From contig NZ_LSUQ01000015.1 in the NCBI RefSeq assembly GCF_001642725.1, positions 1 through 54,191 of the forward strand: 54,191 nucleotides of DNA. The letters are read 5' to 3'. The notes below the pieces were generated by a model. It ran no database searches and was not told the origin of the DNA. It worked only from the letters and a program-made list of their open reading frames with translations. Origin of the DNA: Ferroacidibacillus organovorans (lineage in GTDB: Bacteria > Bacillota > Bacilli > Alicyclobacillales > SLC66). The position numbers and the translations under genes are program-made. Positions 42,421 through 52,811 of the stretch are shown here, one piece after another. Each line of letters opens with the position of its first letter. Position 1 is the stretch's first letter.

Positions 42421-43653
42421 TAGTATAACATTTCATAAATAATGATATTACGAAGAGGAACCGGTCGCGGATTGCATTTTATACTTCCACCAGAAGGTTA
42501 CAGGGTTCCGATTTACCTCTTCCAAGTAGAGCAGAATGCGTTCTCTCAGTTCTTCTTTGGATTGGACCCGTATGCATGCTCTTCGTCATCTTAGTAAAAA
42601 AGGATTCAATTATATTGAGCTATGATGCATGCTTTGGGGTGAAAACAAATTCAAACCGATTCGGCACGGTTTGCAGATAAGCCCTCGTTTCTTTTGAGGT
42701 ATGGGCGGAGTGATTGTCCAAAATAAATTGAATTTTGGCGGTGTTCGGATATTCTTCATTAAATTTCTTGAGATAGGCTACGAATTCACAACTGCGATGG
42801 CGATCCTCAACACTCCCGATAACTCGCCCCGTCATGAGATCAATGCCTGCCAATAGGCTGAGCGTGCCGTAGCGTACGTACTCATGATCCCTCTGTACGG
42901 TAGCATGTTTGCCCGGTACAGGCGGCAAGTCTGGTGCCGTGTTGCCAATGGCTTGAATGCCCGGCTTCTCATCGTACGAGACGACGACCATCTCCCGCGT
43001 TTGAGCAGACCCATCCTGAAGGCACCACTCAACCTGTTGGTACACGATCAATACCTGCGCCATCTTCTCATCGAAGTCTGGATCTCGCCGCTCCAAGTAG
43101 TACTCAACCTTGTGCGGTTTAATGTCCTGCCCTGACAAAAGGCGGGATATCGTTGCAGAACCAATGTTTACAGCGCTGGGATGCCCCGCATAAAGCGCCT
43201 TTTCCCTCACGTGACGACTCAATAAACGCGTTGTCCATACTTCATAGGAATACCCAAGATCCTTTGGTTTCTGACAGGCCAAGGAGGTGATCCAAGCGTG
43301 TGCATCCGGCGTAATTTCAGGGGGTCTGCCCGATCGTTTAAGATCATCCAATGCTGCAATCGGTCCAAGTTCCAGCGCCTTATTCAGCAGACGATAGATC
43401 TTAAGGGTCTTCATGCTCAACTGTTTACCGATCTCGTTTGGATGCTGCCCTTCGTCCAACAACAAAAGCAGTTTCGCTCGTTCTACACGGCGAGCTTGGT
43501 CGGTGCGAGAACTGGAAACGCGAGATAGAACATCATGTTGATCCTGCGTGATTTCAAGTTGGGTTTTGGATCGCTGAAAGGGCATAGGGATTCCTCCTTA
43601 CCCTAGGTTCCATATCCAGCATATAATATCGATATTTATGGATCGATCTACTA
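42421..43653 (-). mobile_element. IS630-family insertion sequence
   Basis: Imperfect terminal IRs (TAGTA......CATAAATA..GATATTA), each end within CTAG (TA target); encloses a transposase. Confidence 0.8.
42447..43585 (-). pseudogene. IS630 transposase with a premature stop and downstream frameshift
   Basis: RSGRPP, DEKPGIQA, HEYVRYGT, ILDNHSAH; TPKHAS then TAG where W is expected; homology continues as LNIIESFF..RVQSKEELRERI. Confidence 0.8.
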
Positions 43654-43657
43654 GATA

Positions 43658-45280
43658 GTTACCCCTGAAAAAGTCGGGCATTTTTTGACAAAACAAAAAG
43701 GAATTCGGCACCTCAAAATGGAAATTGTTATTGTCGAGACAACAAAGTTCCAAACCCCGAGGGAAGAATTCCTTTTGTTAGGAATTCAACGCAAAGCCTC
43801 GGGAATCCTTCCTTGAGGTGAAGAAAATGTTGAAACTTCGCGACGTACAACTTACGATGTGGGACGCTATTCTGCTGGAAGCTGTACGTGCACTTCCTGC
43901 CGAACTTGCGATCATCGACGCGCTTTTGGATGACGAACGTTTTCTTCAGCCGTTCGTTAAGCTACACCCGAAGGGTAAGAAAAGCGGCCGTCCCACGTTC
44001 GCTATTGAAAAGTATGTACGTCTCATGGTGCTTAAGCACAAATACAATTTGGGTTACGAATCGCTGGTAAAGGAAGTTGGCGACAGCATCACCTGGCGGA
44101 TGTTTTGCCGGATCGCAATCGATGAACTCATGCCGGATCCATCCACGCTCATCTATGCTCGCAAACGCTACGGCAACAAGATCGTCGAAGATGTCAACGC
44201 CGCATTGGTAAAGCAACTCGAGGAAAAAGCGATTCTGAAAACCCGTAAATTCCGGACCGACACAACGGTAGTGGAATCCGACATCCATCACCCGACAGAC
44301 GCCACGCTGCTACAAGATGGTGTAAAAGTCATGAGCCGAATCATTCGAAAAATCCGTAAGGTCGCTTCTCATGCCGTTCAAGGAATGGAGGATCGCACCT
44401 TGGAAATCAAAGAAAAGATTCTGTCCATTGCCAAGGTCCTTCGTCGGCGCACTCGCGAATCATGGGAAGAAGTCGACAAGATTACGCAAAGCGTGATCGA
44501 AATAACCGAAAACGTCGTTTCTCAAGCCCATGCCGTCATCGAGAAATTACAAAACCAAAGGAAGACCATTGTTCAGCAAAAGAAAGAACGTCTCGTTACC
44601 GCGGTTCAGCTTACGGAGAAGCTGCTGGATCAAGCGAGGCAGGTCGTTTCCGGTAACCGAATCATTGCAGATCGCATGGTTAGTTTCTTTGACCCGGAAG
44701 CAAGACCGATCAAAAAAGGGAAGCTCGCGAAAGGTACCGAGTTCGGGTACAAAGTTCGGATCGACGAGACAGAAAGCGGCTTCGTTACCGGCTATGCCGT
44801 GTATGAAGGAAATCCGTCGGATGATGAATTGCTCGTTCCTGCCATTGAAGAGCACATCAAGCAGTTCGGAAAAGCACCGCAGGCCGTAGCCACTGACCGC
44901 GGTTTTTCGAGTAAGAAAAACGAAATCGCGATGACTGAACTTGGTGTTAAACGGGCCAGCCTACCAAAAAAAGGTAAGAAAGGCGCTGCCCGAACGGAAT
45001 ATGAAAATGAAAAATGGTTCAAGGACTTGCAGCGTTACCGTGCAGCTGGAGAAGCGAAGATTAGCCTTCTCAAGCGGAAGTACGGTTTGAACCGCAGCAG
45101 GTACCGGGGATTTGCTGGCTCAAAATGCTGGATCGGATTCGGAATTCTGACCCATAACTTGCAAAGGGCGGCAAAGATGCTCCAAAACTAAGGTAAATAC
45201 GGAAAAACGGGGAGAATCCCCCCAAAAATCAGTGCGGCAGGAAGATGCATTTTTGAAATTCATACTTTTTCAGGAGCAAC
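43658..45280 (+). mobile_element. ISNCY/IS5-like insertion sequence, apparently intact
   Basis: IRs GTTACCCCTGAAAAAGT / ACTTTTTCAGGAGCAAC; flanking direct repeat TAGATA (43652-43657, 45281-45286). Confidence 0.85.
43818..45191 (+). CDS. DDE transposase (ISNCY/IS5-like)
   Basis: GRPT, PDPST, DTTVVESDIHHPTD, RPIKKGK..EFGYK, TDRGF, RAAGEAKISLLKR. Confidence 0.9.
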   Translation: MKKMLKLRDVQLTMWDAILLEAVRALPAELAIIDALLDDERFLQPFVKLHPKGKKSGRPTFAIEKYVRLMVLKHKYNLGYESLVKEVGDSITWRMFCRIAIDELMPDPSTLIYARKRYGNKIVEDVNAALVKQLEEKAILKTRKFRTDTTVVESDIHHPTDATLLQDGVKVMSRIIRKIRKVASHAVQGMEDRTLEIKEKILSIAKVLRRRTRESWEEVDKITQSVIEITENVVSQAHAVIEKLQNQRKTIVQQKKERLVTAVQLTEKLLDQARQVVSGNRIIADRMVSFFDPEARPIKKGKLAKGTEFGYKVRIDETESGFVTGYAVYEGNPSDDELLVPAIEEHIKQFGKAPQAVATDRGFSSKKNEIAMTELGVKRASLPKKGKKGAARTEYENEKWFKDLQRYRAAGEAKISLLKRKYGLNRSRYRGFAGSKCWIGFGILTHNLQRAAKMLQN

Positions 45281-45289
45281 TAGATAGTT

Positions 45290-46177
45290 TCACCATTTTA
45301 CGGATTTATAAATTGAATTCCACGACTTTAGCAATCCCACGAGGCTGTCCCCTTTGATTACGTGTAGGTAAGGGAAAGGGTGTCTCGCCACCTCCATAAG
45401 CGTCTGGTATCCATAACTCCCAATACCAATGTAAGATCCGGAGAAGCTAACACCGTCACTAAATTCCACTGTAGTTAGCATTGGACCGTAGGAAATCGAA
45501 TCGTTGTGCTGAGTTTTCCGAAATATTGGGTACGGTAAACTAGGTATCCCAGGGACAACCTCGCGGCCAAATAGAGTTTCGTCAAAGTAATAGGAAAAGA
45601 CTATTGCAAAAGAACCAAACGCGCGTTTCCAACGGGAATTTAGCGGATGGTGCGACATTGATATTCTTGCATACATATTGCCGTCTGTACCCACGGTGTA
45701 CGCTGTAATTCGGTTAATTATTGGCAAAGAAGCGACGGGAGGATCCCATGCAGTTGCGTATACTAGTGGAGCGGCTTGAGAAAGTGCGGTTAACGCCGCG
45801 AATTTGCAATCCGCCAAGGCTTCGCTAATAGTAACAGGACGTAACCCTCCCGCCTTACTTACGTTTGCAATAAAGGATGCCTCTGGATAGGTAACATGGA
45901 ATATCACTTTTCCCATGATAGCATAGCCATAAAGTATCGTCTGAAGGAATTGCTCTTCGGACATGCCATATTTTTTATGAAAAGTTGAAGCTTCATTTGG
46001 ATTTAAAAATTGCGACATTGACATGTGAGCCACAGTTAAGAAAGCATCCACTTCCTTCCTGCTCGCGTTCTTACCTAATCCGCCATAATGAGATGCTGCT
46101 ATAGAAGGCTGGGGCGGGAAGCATTCGATTAACAGTAAGCAAATCACCAAAACCGCAACTACCCGTATCTTTTTCAT
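45290..46177 (-). CDS. Hypothetical exported protein (295 aa)
   Basis: MKKIR plus hydrophobic stretch plus IAA signal-peptide pattern; RBS AAGGAG; no recognised domain. Confidence 0.7.
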   Translation of the reverse strand: MKKIRVVAVLVICLLLIECFPPQPSIAASHYGGLGKNASRKEVDAFLTVAHMSMSQFLNPNEASTFHKKYGMSEEQFLQTILYGYAIMGKVIFHVTYPEASFIANVSKAGGLRPVTISEALADCKFAALTALSQAAPLVYATAWDPPVASLPIINRITAYTVGTDGNMYARISMSHHPLNSRWKRAFGSFAIVFSYYFDETLFGREVVPGIPSLPYPIFRKTQHNDSISYGPMLTTVEFSDGVSFSGSYIGIGSYGYQTLMEVARHPFPYLHVIKGDSLVGLLKSWNSIYKSVKW

Positions 46178-46429
46178 GGTGTCCCGCTCCTTGCAGCAGT
46201 CTCTCTATACGTCACCTTTATCGGTTTTGAACAACGTTTCCACTAGTCGAAGTTAACTAAAGCTCACCACTATATTACTATATTTTCTTAGTTGGGGAAA
46301 TAGTCTCTTTTCATGTCGGGCCTCTGCCTCTGTCTTGTCGCATCCTGTGGTACGACGCGGGAGCATGTGGTATTATGTCAATAGAGTAGACACCGCGAAT
46401 TGAGAGAAATTTTCCACTGACCGGTGCTT

Positions 46430-46570
46430 GTTGTACTGTACCATTCTCGTATTCCTCCCAGTAGATCAGTTGTTGACAAACTCATTCTACCAAAGAGGGA
46501 CGAGGTGCCACTTTTACATTATGTCAACTAGTGCGTTCACTGAATTTACACCAATTATACGGACTCAACT
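46430..46570. mobile_element. IS256-family end fragments
   Basis: Reverse complement of 46542-46570 reads GAGTCCGTATAATTGGTGTAAATT (IS256-type IR); adjacent - strand left end with TGTAAAAGT, TGGTAGAAT, GGAGG and a truncated MVQY start. Confidence 0.5.
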
Positions 46571-46815
46571 CAGGTGGATGGCTGCCCAATTGGCATATAA
46601 TAGTCTTTCATCTTGGTGTACAATAATGGCAACCGGTGCCTCGTTTAGCCATTTTTCTACTTTTTCCGACGAAATACTCGAGCCCTTTTTCACAGAGCAT
46701 CCACGCCTTTCTTCCATGTTGTAAAAATTGATAAAAAGGTGATCCTTATGACTTCTTTTTTTTCATTGATTACATTAAAGCGATTATCTGTAGAGAAACG
46801 AATTTTGAGTTTAAT

Positions 46816-48473
46816 TAGGGACTGCTTAACGGCACTAAACGGCCAACCCGGTTTCCTCACGGATGATCAGAAAGAGTGGACAGAATTGACGACAAAAAAG
46901 AAGCCGTAATCTCCTCTCCAGGTTCATCACCAGCAGTTGGATAGCAATCACCGTCGCGCTCGTGTTTGCCAGTCGCGCTTTAATAAGACCAAGCCCGTAG
47001 ATTCGCTTGCCTTCGCCAAATTTTCCTTCGACGGCATTGCGCTCCGCCGCATCAAGCTTCGCCTGTCGTTTCTGTTCTTTGCGCTCTCCCTTCGCAGGCC
47101 TTCCAAGCGCCGGGCCACTCAATCGAATCTCGTGTGTCTTGCAGTACTGGAGATTTTCTCGTGTCCGGTAGATCTTGTCTGCCAACACCGCCTCTGGATA
47201 ACAGCCGTACCGTTCTCGGTACTGTTCAACCGATGCCTTGAGTGTGGTGCCTTCGTTGTAACTGTCCCACTGCAAGCTCTCCATTCGGGCAAAGCCGTCC
47301 ACAACGCTGATCGACACTTTCGCGCCAAATTCCACCGCAGCCTTCGCTTTTCCTCGCACAATCGGTCGCACATGCGGCTGTGAAAGATTGACGATCCGAT
47401 CCTCGATCCGATGGATTCGCTTGCTGTGCATTTCTTTCTGTTGTCGGTAAAGCTCCGAGATCACCAACAACAGTTTGTAGTTTCGCGCGCTCAGGGATGT
47501 CAGGCCGACGTGTTCCTTAAGCTTCTCCACGATGCGCAAATCTCGATCCACAAACCGCAGTTGCTGACCGACCGCCTTTCTGATCGTACGCTCGCTCGCA
47601 CGGCGCTGTTTGGCGACGACCAAATACGCTTTGCGCGCAACCTCTCGGTATGTGCGTGGTTTCGGCACCTCTTTACGCAAGGGGGCATGCAGGAGATCGA
47701 TGAAATGCTCAAGCTTCTCACGCGCTTCGTTGAGCAAAGACAGATCCGTCGGATACGCGATGTCTGCCGGCGTGCAAGTGGCGTCAAGCAACAACTTTCC
47801 TTGATTGGGCGCGTCCTCGGTCGCTTCATGTTCTAGTTCTGCTGGTGGGACAACTTCTATTTTCGTTGCTTCCATGCCGCTGTCATGATCGTTTTCCTTG
47901 TCGACGCTGCCTCCATCTTCATCACAAGTCTTTGGATCGTCCTTCTCATCGTCGCCTGCGATGATCCAGTCGTTAACCTGGTTGATCACATCATCAGGGA
48001 AACGTTTGCGAAAATGAACCAGAGAGCTTGGGTGAAACGGGGGCTCTTCTTGAAACTGGGGCAACCCAATAAAGTACTGGAGGTATGGGTTTTCCGTGAT
48101 CTGTCGAACCGTCTCACGGTCACTCAGATGGAGTCGCTGCTGGATGATGAGCGCACCAAGCGCAATACGTACAGACATGGCTTGTTCCCCTGTGTTAGAG
48201 GGTTTGAACGAATGGGCATAGTGAGCTTCAATTTTCCACCAAGGAATGAGGAAAGCGAGTTGAACCCACCGATTCTCCTTATTCAATTTCCCGCCAAAAG
48301 GTAGGAAAAAATCGTCTGGCATCACGAATTGAAGCTCTGTATATTTGTACATGTCGCCCTCCATGTGCAAGGATTTAACCAGCTACTCCTTAGAAACCCA
48401 TGCATACAGATTCGACATAAAGCCTCATAAATCCTTGTATTTATTGTGATTATGAAACCATCAGCAGTCCCTA
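46816..48473 (-). mobile_element. IS5-family insertion sequence
   Basis: Perfect 11-bp terminal IR TAGGGACTGCT / AGCAGTCCCTA enclosing a full transposase. Confidence 0.88.
46835..48352 (-). CDS. IS5-family transposase
   Basis: FFLPFGGKL, ENPYLQYFIG, LDATC.PADI.YPTD, RPIVRGK..EFGAK, ADKIY, RNAVEGKFG.GKR; start after RBS GGAGGG. Confidence 0.92.
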   Translation of the reverse strand: MYKYTELQFVMPDDFFLPFGGKLNKENRWVQLAFLIPWWKIEAHYAHSFKPSNTGEQAMSVRIALGALIIQQRLHLSDRETVRQITENPYLQYFIGLPQFQEEPPFHPSSLVHFRKRFPDDVINQVNDWIIAGDDEKDDPKTCDEDGGSVDKENDHDSGMEATKIEVVPPAELEHEATEDAPNQGKLLLDATCTPADIAYPTDLSLLNEAREKLEHFIDLLHAPLRKEVPKPRTYREVARKAYLVVAKQRRASERTIRKAVGQQLRFVDRDLRIVEKLKEHVGLTSLSARNYKLLLVISELYRQQKEMHSKRIHRIEDRIVNLSQPHVRPIVRGKAKAAVEFGAKVSISVVDGFARMESLQWDSYNEGTTLKASVEQYRERYGCYPEAVLADKIYRTRENLQYCKTHEIRLSGPALGRPAKGERKEQKRQAKLDAAERNAVEGKFGEGKRIYGLGLIKARLANTSATVIAIQLLVMNLERRLRLLFCRQFCPLFLIIREETGLAV

Positions 48474-48479
48474 TATAGA

Positions 48480-48523
48480 GATGAATCATCGCTGATTCAT
48501 CATGCTGTTCTTTTTGTTATAAT
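48480..48523 (+). promoter_or_regulatory. Operator-like inverted repeat and extended -10 promoter of the TA-like pair
   Basis: GATGAATCA-TCGC-TGATTCATC (48480-48501); TGTTATAAT (48515-48523). Confidence 0.55.
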
Positions 48524-48541
48524 GGAAATACGAGGTGAGTG

Positions 48542-48817
48542 ATGATGGGTAATTTAAAAAAGGTCTCTTTAGACCCATCTGTCCAGGAAAGCTTGTGGAA
48601 ATTACTCCAGGATCAAAATGATGTCGTGGCAAATGTGATGGGAAGGGAAGTGCACTTGTCCATCATCGATTCCGGTTTCGACGAGATTGCTCATGAAATT
48701 GATTCCGACCCGGAATTGCGCGAGGTCTTGTTAGCGTCGGAAGAAGACATTAAAGAAGGACGCACCTATACAACGCAGGAAGCGATTGATTACATCTTAA
48801 AGGAACATTCGCTTTGA
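48542..48817 (+). CDS. Putative antitoxin (acidic small protein)
   Basis: C-terminal LLASEEDIKEGRTYTTQEAI pattern typical of RelB/ParD-type antitoxin tails; TTGA overlap with the next gene. Confidence 0.55.
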   Translation: MMGNLKKVSLDPSVQESLWKLLQDQNDVVANVMGREVHLSIIDSGFDEIAHEIDSDPELREVLLASEEDIKEGRTYTTQEAIDYILKEHSL

Positions 48818-49098
48818 CCCGTCGAATCACTTTTTCTCAGTCCGCTTTGAAACAGATATCCCGAATTCAAAGTGAGCGGTTTTCCGTTGCGGAGACTGCC
48901 GATTTTCAGGTGCGACTGATTCAGGAAATAGAGAACCGCTTGATAAATGTCGGGTCAGAAGAAGGACTCCGTGAACATTACCACGGGTCGTGGGCAAATA
49001 CGAGAAGAGTAATCGTCTTTGGTTACCGAGTCTATTACGTTTGGGAAGCTGATGAGAGAGTTACGGTCCGGGGCTTGAAGGCGCCAGGAATGAAATAA
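48814..49098 (+). CDS. Putative RelE/ParE-superfamily toxin
   Basis: RITFSQSALKQI N-terminus and RRVIVFGYRVYY beta-strand pattern; 94 aa; coupled to the upstream acidic ORF. Confidence 0.55.
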   Translation: MTRRITFSQSALKQISRIQSERFSVAETADFQVRLIQEIENRLINVGSEEGLREHYHGSWANTRRVIVFGYRVYYVWEADERVTVRGLKAPGMK

Positions 49099-49150
49099 AG
49101 CCCTCGGCCCTATTCGTCAAGGAATTTTTGATGAGATACATTGCCACAAA

Positions 49151-49206
49151 GCGACAAACGGGCGGTTGCCATTCGTGGTGATTGCCCGTTTGTCGTTACC
49201 TTTTTT
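49151..49206 (+). terminator. Long terminator-like hairpin
   Basis: 21-bp stem (49151-49171/49176-49196) with TTCG loop, then a T run. Confidence 0.7.
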
Positions 49207-49345
49207 GATATCTGTCCAGCATTTTGGGACTGACTAGATCGGGAGAATGCCGACGGCAAGGTCTTCAGTGTCGATAAAGTACGAACCGAGCTCTTGGCTG
49301 GAGCGGATTCTCTCGCGAAATGGGCTAGTGAGCGGGGAGATCGTT
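49204..49345 (+). pseudogene. DUF4411 (PIN-like) protein fragment
   Basis: Reads FDICPAFWD*LDRENADGKVFSVDKVRTELLAGADSLAKWA with an in-frame stop. Confidence 0.55.
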
Positions 49346-49409
49346 TCGCTTCTTCGCCGTTTAGCGTGTCATAGAACTACCCAAACATGGAGCGGTTTCA
49401 TCGGCTACT

Positions 49410-49640
49410 GATGAAAGATGGGTGTTTATCGACTTCGACAGTTACGGGTTAATCCGCTTGGATCTACATTTGCGGCGGAGAGGTATCGAGACTCTCGTGT
49501 TGTATGATATCGCTACTGGTAACGGCGTATACACGCCCGCACGGGAAGCATATCAGCATGCGACTGATGTTGTGACAGGACTTTTATGAATACGACTATG
49601 TCTTGAAGCACATCTTTTCAAGGCAGAAGAAGCCGTGTAG
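49410..49640 (+). pseudogene. Isochorismatase-family (cysteine hydrolase) fragment
   Basis: [34 protein letters not shown] resembles the family core. Confidence 0.55.
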
Positions 49641-49679
49641 CGGACAAAATTGTGAATGCTTTGAAGCAGGGGTGAGTGA

Positions 49680-50462
49680 ATGGAATCGATCGATTTGCAG
49701 GGGATACATGTTGTAGTAACCGGAGCGTCGAGTGGACTTGGACTTGCTATGGCGGAAGCACTGCTTCAATCCGGCGCATCAGTTGCTTTGGCGTCTCGGT
49801 CTGGGGAGAAGCTGGATGACGAAGTGGGGCGACTGAAAGCAACCGGATATGATGCGTTCAAACTGTCACTTGACGTGCGATTCGAGCATTCCGTAAGCGA
49901 TGCAGTCAGGTGGGTTCGGAAGACATGGGGCAAGTTGGATGTACTTGTAAACAACGCCGGGATCGGGATGAGAACGGTCAATCCCAAGTTCATGATGGAA
50001 CCACAGCCGTTTTTTGAAGTAACGTCTGAGGGATTTCGAAATGTGATTAACACGAATCTGACTGGATACTTCCTTGTGGCTCGTGGCTTTGCGCCAATGA
50101 TGGTCGATCAGGGTCACGGAAAGATTATCAACATTTCGATGAACCACGAAACGATGCGTCGGCGTGGTTTTGTCCCGTATGGGCCGTCTCGTGCCGGAGC
50201 GGAATCACTATCGTACATCATGGCCGAGGACTTGCTGCCTTATGGGGTCACGGTCAACATGTTGCTGCCGGGCGGAGCAACCGAAACTGGTATGATCCCG
50301 GAAGAGTTGAAGGCACAACTGATAATGCCATTACTTCGGCCAGACGTGATGGCGGAACCGATTGTCTTTTTGGCATCGGAACAGTCGGATGGGATCACGG
50401 GTGAAAGAATTGTAGCCAACAAGTTTGCGGAGTGGTACAAGAGCAAGATTAGAATAACCTGA
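49680..50462 (+). CDS. Short-chain dehydrogenase/reductase
   Basis: TGASSGLG, NNAG, NIS, YGPSR (YxxxR variant), LPGG. Confidence 0.9.
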   Translation: MESIDLQGIHVVVTGASSGLGLAMAEALLQSGASVALASRSGEKLDDEVGRLKATGYDAFKLSLDVRFEHSVSDAVRWVRKTWGKLDVLVNNAGIGMRTVNPKFMMEPQPFFEVTSEGFRNVINTNLTGYFLVARGFAPMMVDQGHGKIINISMNHETMRRRGFVPYGPSRAGAESLSYIMAEDLLPYGVTVNMLLPGGATETGMIPEELKAQLIMPLLRPDVMAEPIVFLASEQSDGITGERIVANKFAEWYKSKIRIT

Positions 50463-50885
50463 GACCGCTCGTAGTGAACCGCGAGTCTCCAGTGGGAGTC
50501 TCACGGTGACTTGGTATCAGAATGGGGATGAAAGGCCAACAGAGCGCGCTCCTGCAAGCACGGGAGGAGACTCGCTACGCAAACCCGCTCCTAAACTAGC
50601 TGACAGGCATACGGAGCTATAGACGAGGGTATGAAAACGAACATGCTTACGAACCAGGAGATATACCAGAGCTTGTAAGCCATCGATCCGAGGTTCATGT
50701 CGCTTAGCCAAGTTGAGGAGATCATTTATCACCAGGGGTATGAGGCGGCCAAGGACAACTTCGACTTCTACCACAGCAAGGTAAGGTATCTGATGGTATC
50801 CGAATACGCATACCACGCCTTGAGATTCTCGCTAAGTAACTAAAGTTACTTGCCGAAGTCGTATCATTGATAGAGCTGGATGTTT

Positions 50886-51626
50886 CTAGCCTCTCAGCTG
50901 AATCTCATAATCTGCGACAACTTTTCCGTCGTACTGAATCATTTGGCCATTTTGATTCTTGTCAGACAGGATAATGTCGGTACACATTTTTCCAGCGGCT
51001 TCAGGAGATTTGACGAAGCCGCCGTGTGCACCAGCTTCCATGCCGTTCAAGTCGGTCGCGACAGCACCAGGCATAATGCCGAAAATCTGGCGGTGGCTGC
51101 CCATTTTTTCAAACTCGTAAGCGTAAGTCAGTGTCATCACGTTGAGTGCTGCTTTGCTCGTGATGTAAGCCAGGGGATGCCAAAAGTCGGTCGGCGAAAT
51201 CGGAACGGTGATGTTAACGATTTTCGCGTTGTCTGTCAGAACGGACAGCAGGTTTTTCATGAGTTCGTGTGTACCGAGAAAATTCGTTTCCATCGTCGTG
51301 CGTAAATCCTCAGTTGTATAGTCAAATGTGTGCTTTGTGAGGTCAAGCGCCGCGCGCCCAGGCTTGACACGATCAGGAATTCCAGCATTATTGACCAACA
51401 CATCGAGCGAATCAATCATTTTACCTGCTGTGTACAAGCTATCAAGACCATTCAAATCAATCTTGATGAACGTCGCTGATATGGCTTCTGCGGCAAGTTT
51501 TTCGACTGCTGCCTGCCCACGGGCTTCATCACGCGCCCCGACGAGAATGTCATAGCCACGCTTTCCAAGATTTCGAGCGATTTCAAAACCGATTCCTTTA
51601 TTTGCGCCTGTAACGAGTGCTTTCAT
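50886..51626 (-). CDS. Short-chain dehydrogenase/reductase (carbonyl reductase-like)
   Basis: TGANKGIG, NNAG, ETNFLG, YITSK, PGAVATDLN; RBS AAGGAG. Confidence 0.9.
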   Translation of the reverse strand: MKALVTGANKGIGFEIARNLGKRGYDILVGARDEARGQAAVEKLAAEAISATFIKIDLNGLDSLYTAGKMIDSLDVLVNNAGIPDRVKPGRAALDLTKHTFDYTTEDLRTTMETNFLGTHELMKNLLSVLTDNAKIVNITVPISPTDFWHPLAYITSKAALNVMTLTYAYEFEKMGSHRQIFGIMPGAVATDLNGMEAGAHGGFVKSPEAAGKMCTDIILSDKNQNGQMIQYDGKVVADYEIQLRG

Positions 51627-51734
51627 AAGCGAGCTCCTTTTCGTTTTTACTTGACACACACACATTATAACGTAACGACAGAATCATCATCGAGGTGGAT
51701 AAGATGGCAAAGTGATTCGATACGGCGCTTTTTC

Positions 51735-51885
51735 TTGACCCGCGCCAGCAACGTGTCTCTTAATGAAATTCGCGCGGTGTGGGAGACTAACGTGTTTGGC
51801 GTCCTGCCATCTATCAGGCGATGCTTCCGATTTTGCGAGAGGTGTCTGCAGCCCGCAATGTGTTAAGTGGCGTCGGTTCGTTGAT
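51735..51885 (+). pseudogene. Frameshifted SDR fragment
   Basis: RASNVSLNEIRAVWETNVFGVL then, in another frame, YQAMLPILRE..AAR..SGVGSL. Confidence 0.55.
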
Positions 51886-51929
51886 GAGAAGGCAGACCGA
51901 GCTATGCGTATCGAAAGTATTTCAGAGGA

Positions 51930-52230
51930 GATTACGGCTCCTTTTTTTGATCGCCCATGAAGATGGACACCACGGCGCACTGCAGGCACAGCTGGAGCAG
52001 GCAGCAAGCCGAGCCTGTGACGTGCCAGGCGCAGACCAAAAGCGTTTCTCCATTCGCACACCCAAGCGGTACATGGCGCTTTACGATAAAGGTGGACTTG
52101 ACGCGTTGCATAACGCGCTTCGCCAGATCATTCGCGTTATCCGCCAGGAACTGTTAACTCCCATATCCCATCTGCATCAAAATGACATGAATCCGTTTGA
52201 GAATCTCAGCAACACTTCTCCCGTTGGCTT
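51930..52230. pseudogene. Fused transposase fragments (HTH part of a DDE integrase on +; possible IS1634-like C-terminus on -)
   Basis: + DVPGADQKRFSIRTPKRYMALYDKGGLDAL; - PTGEVLL..LKRIHVILMQ; weak by-eye similarity. Confidence 0.35.
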
Positions 52231-52541
52231 GTAGTTTCGGGGGCTGTTTAGAAGGTCAAGCCCGCAATTATGTATAACTTCGTGTAATTTAGTTTTTGGT
52301 CTGTCGATGGGGGGTCTTACCCTTTCATTCACGCAATTGCATAGTACGGGAAGTGAGCCAGTATTAGCAATGTTCGAGTCAGTGCCCATACATTCCGGCG
52401 TTATTTCAGGGTATGGATTACGAGCGATGATGACTGCTTAACGGTTGTTGCTTTGAACCCGAAGACCATCTAAGAACATGTACTGTGACGGCCCATCGCT
52501 GTATAATGAATGCATGGAATTGAGGAGGTGACAGAGGGACT

Positions 52542-52811
52542 ATGGAAGTCATTCATACCCCACATGAACTGATGGAACGAATTGAAAAGTTAGACAAGGA
52601 GCACTCTGTGTGCCAGGTCTTCATTCCTGGAAAGGGACAGGTCACGATTGTATTTCAAGCCAATGATGTGGATACCATCGCTTCCGAAGTGCAGGCTGAC
52701 CCTCAGCTAGGAGAATTGATTCATAGTAGTCGGAATGCATACCAACGAGGAGATGTCATGACAACGTCCGAATTGCTTACATCTTTATCCTCGAAGGATT
52801 TTGCTCAGTGA
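52542..52811 (+). CDS. Putative antitoxin related to 48542-48817
   Basis: IASEVQADPQLGELIHSSRNAYQRGDVMTT aligns with IAHEIDSDPELREVLLASEEDIKEGRTYTT; RBS present. Confidence 0.6.
   Translation: MEVIHTPHELMERIEKLDKEHSVCQVFIPGKGQVTIVFQANDVDTIASEVQADPQLGELIHSSRNAYQRGDVMTTSELLTSLSSKDFAQ

Noticed and set aside
50466..50845. Possible group II intron or structured RNA after the SDR gene
   Set aside because: No GTGCG 5' end or domain V motif; looks like an imperfect hairpin plus a small broken ORF (50631-50843)
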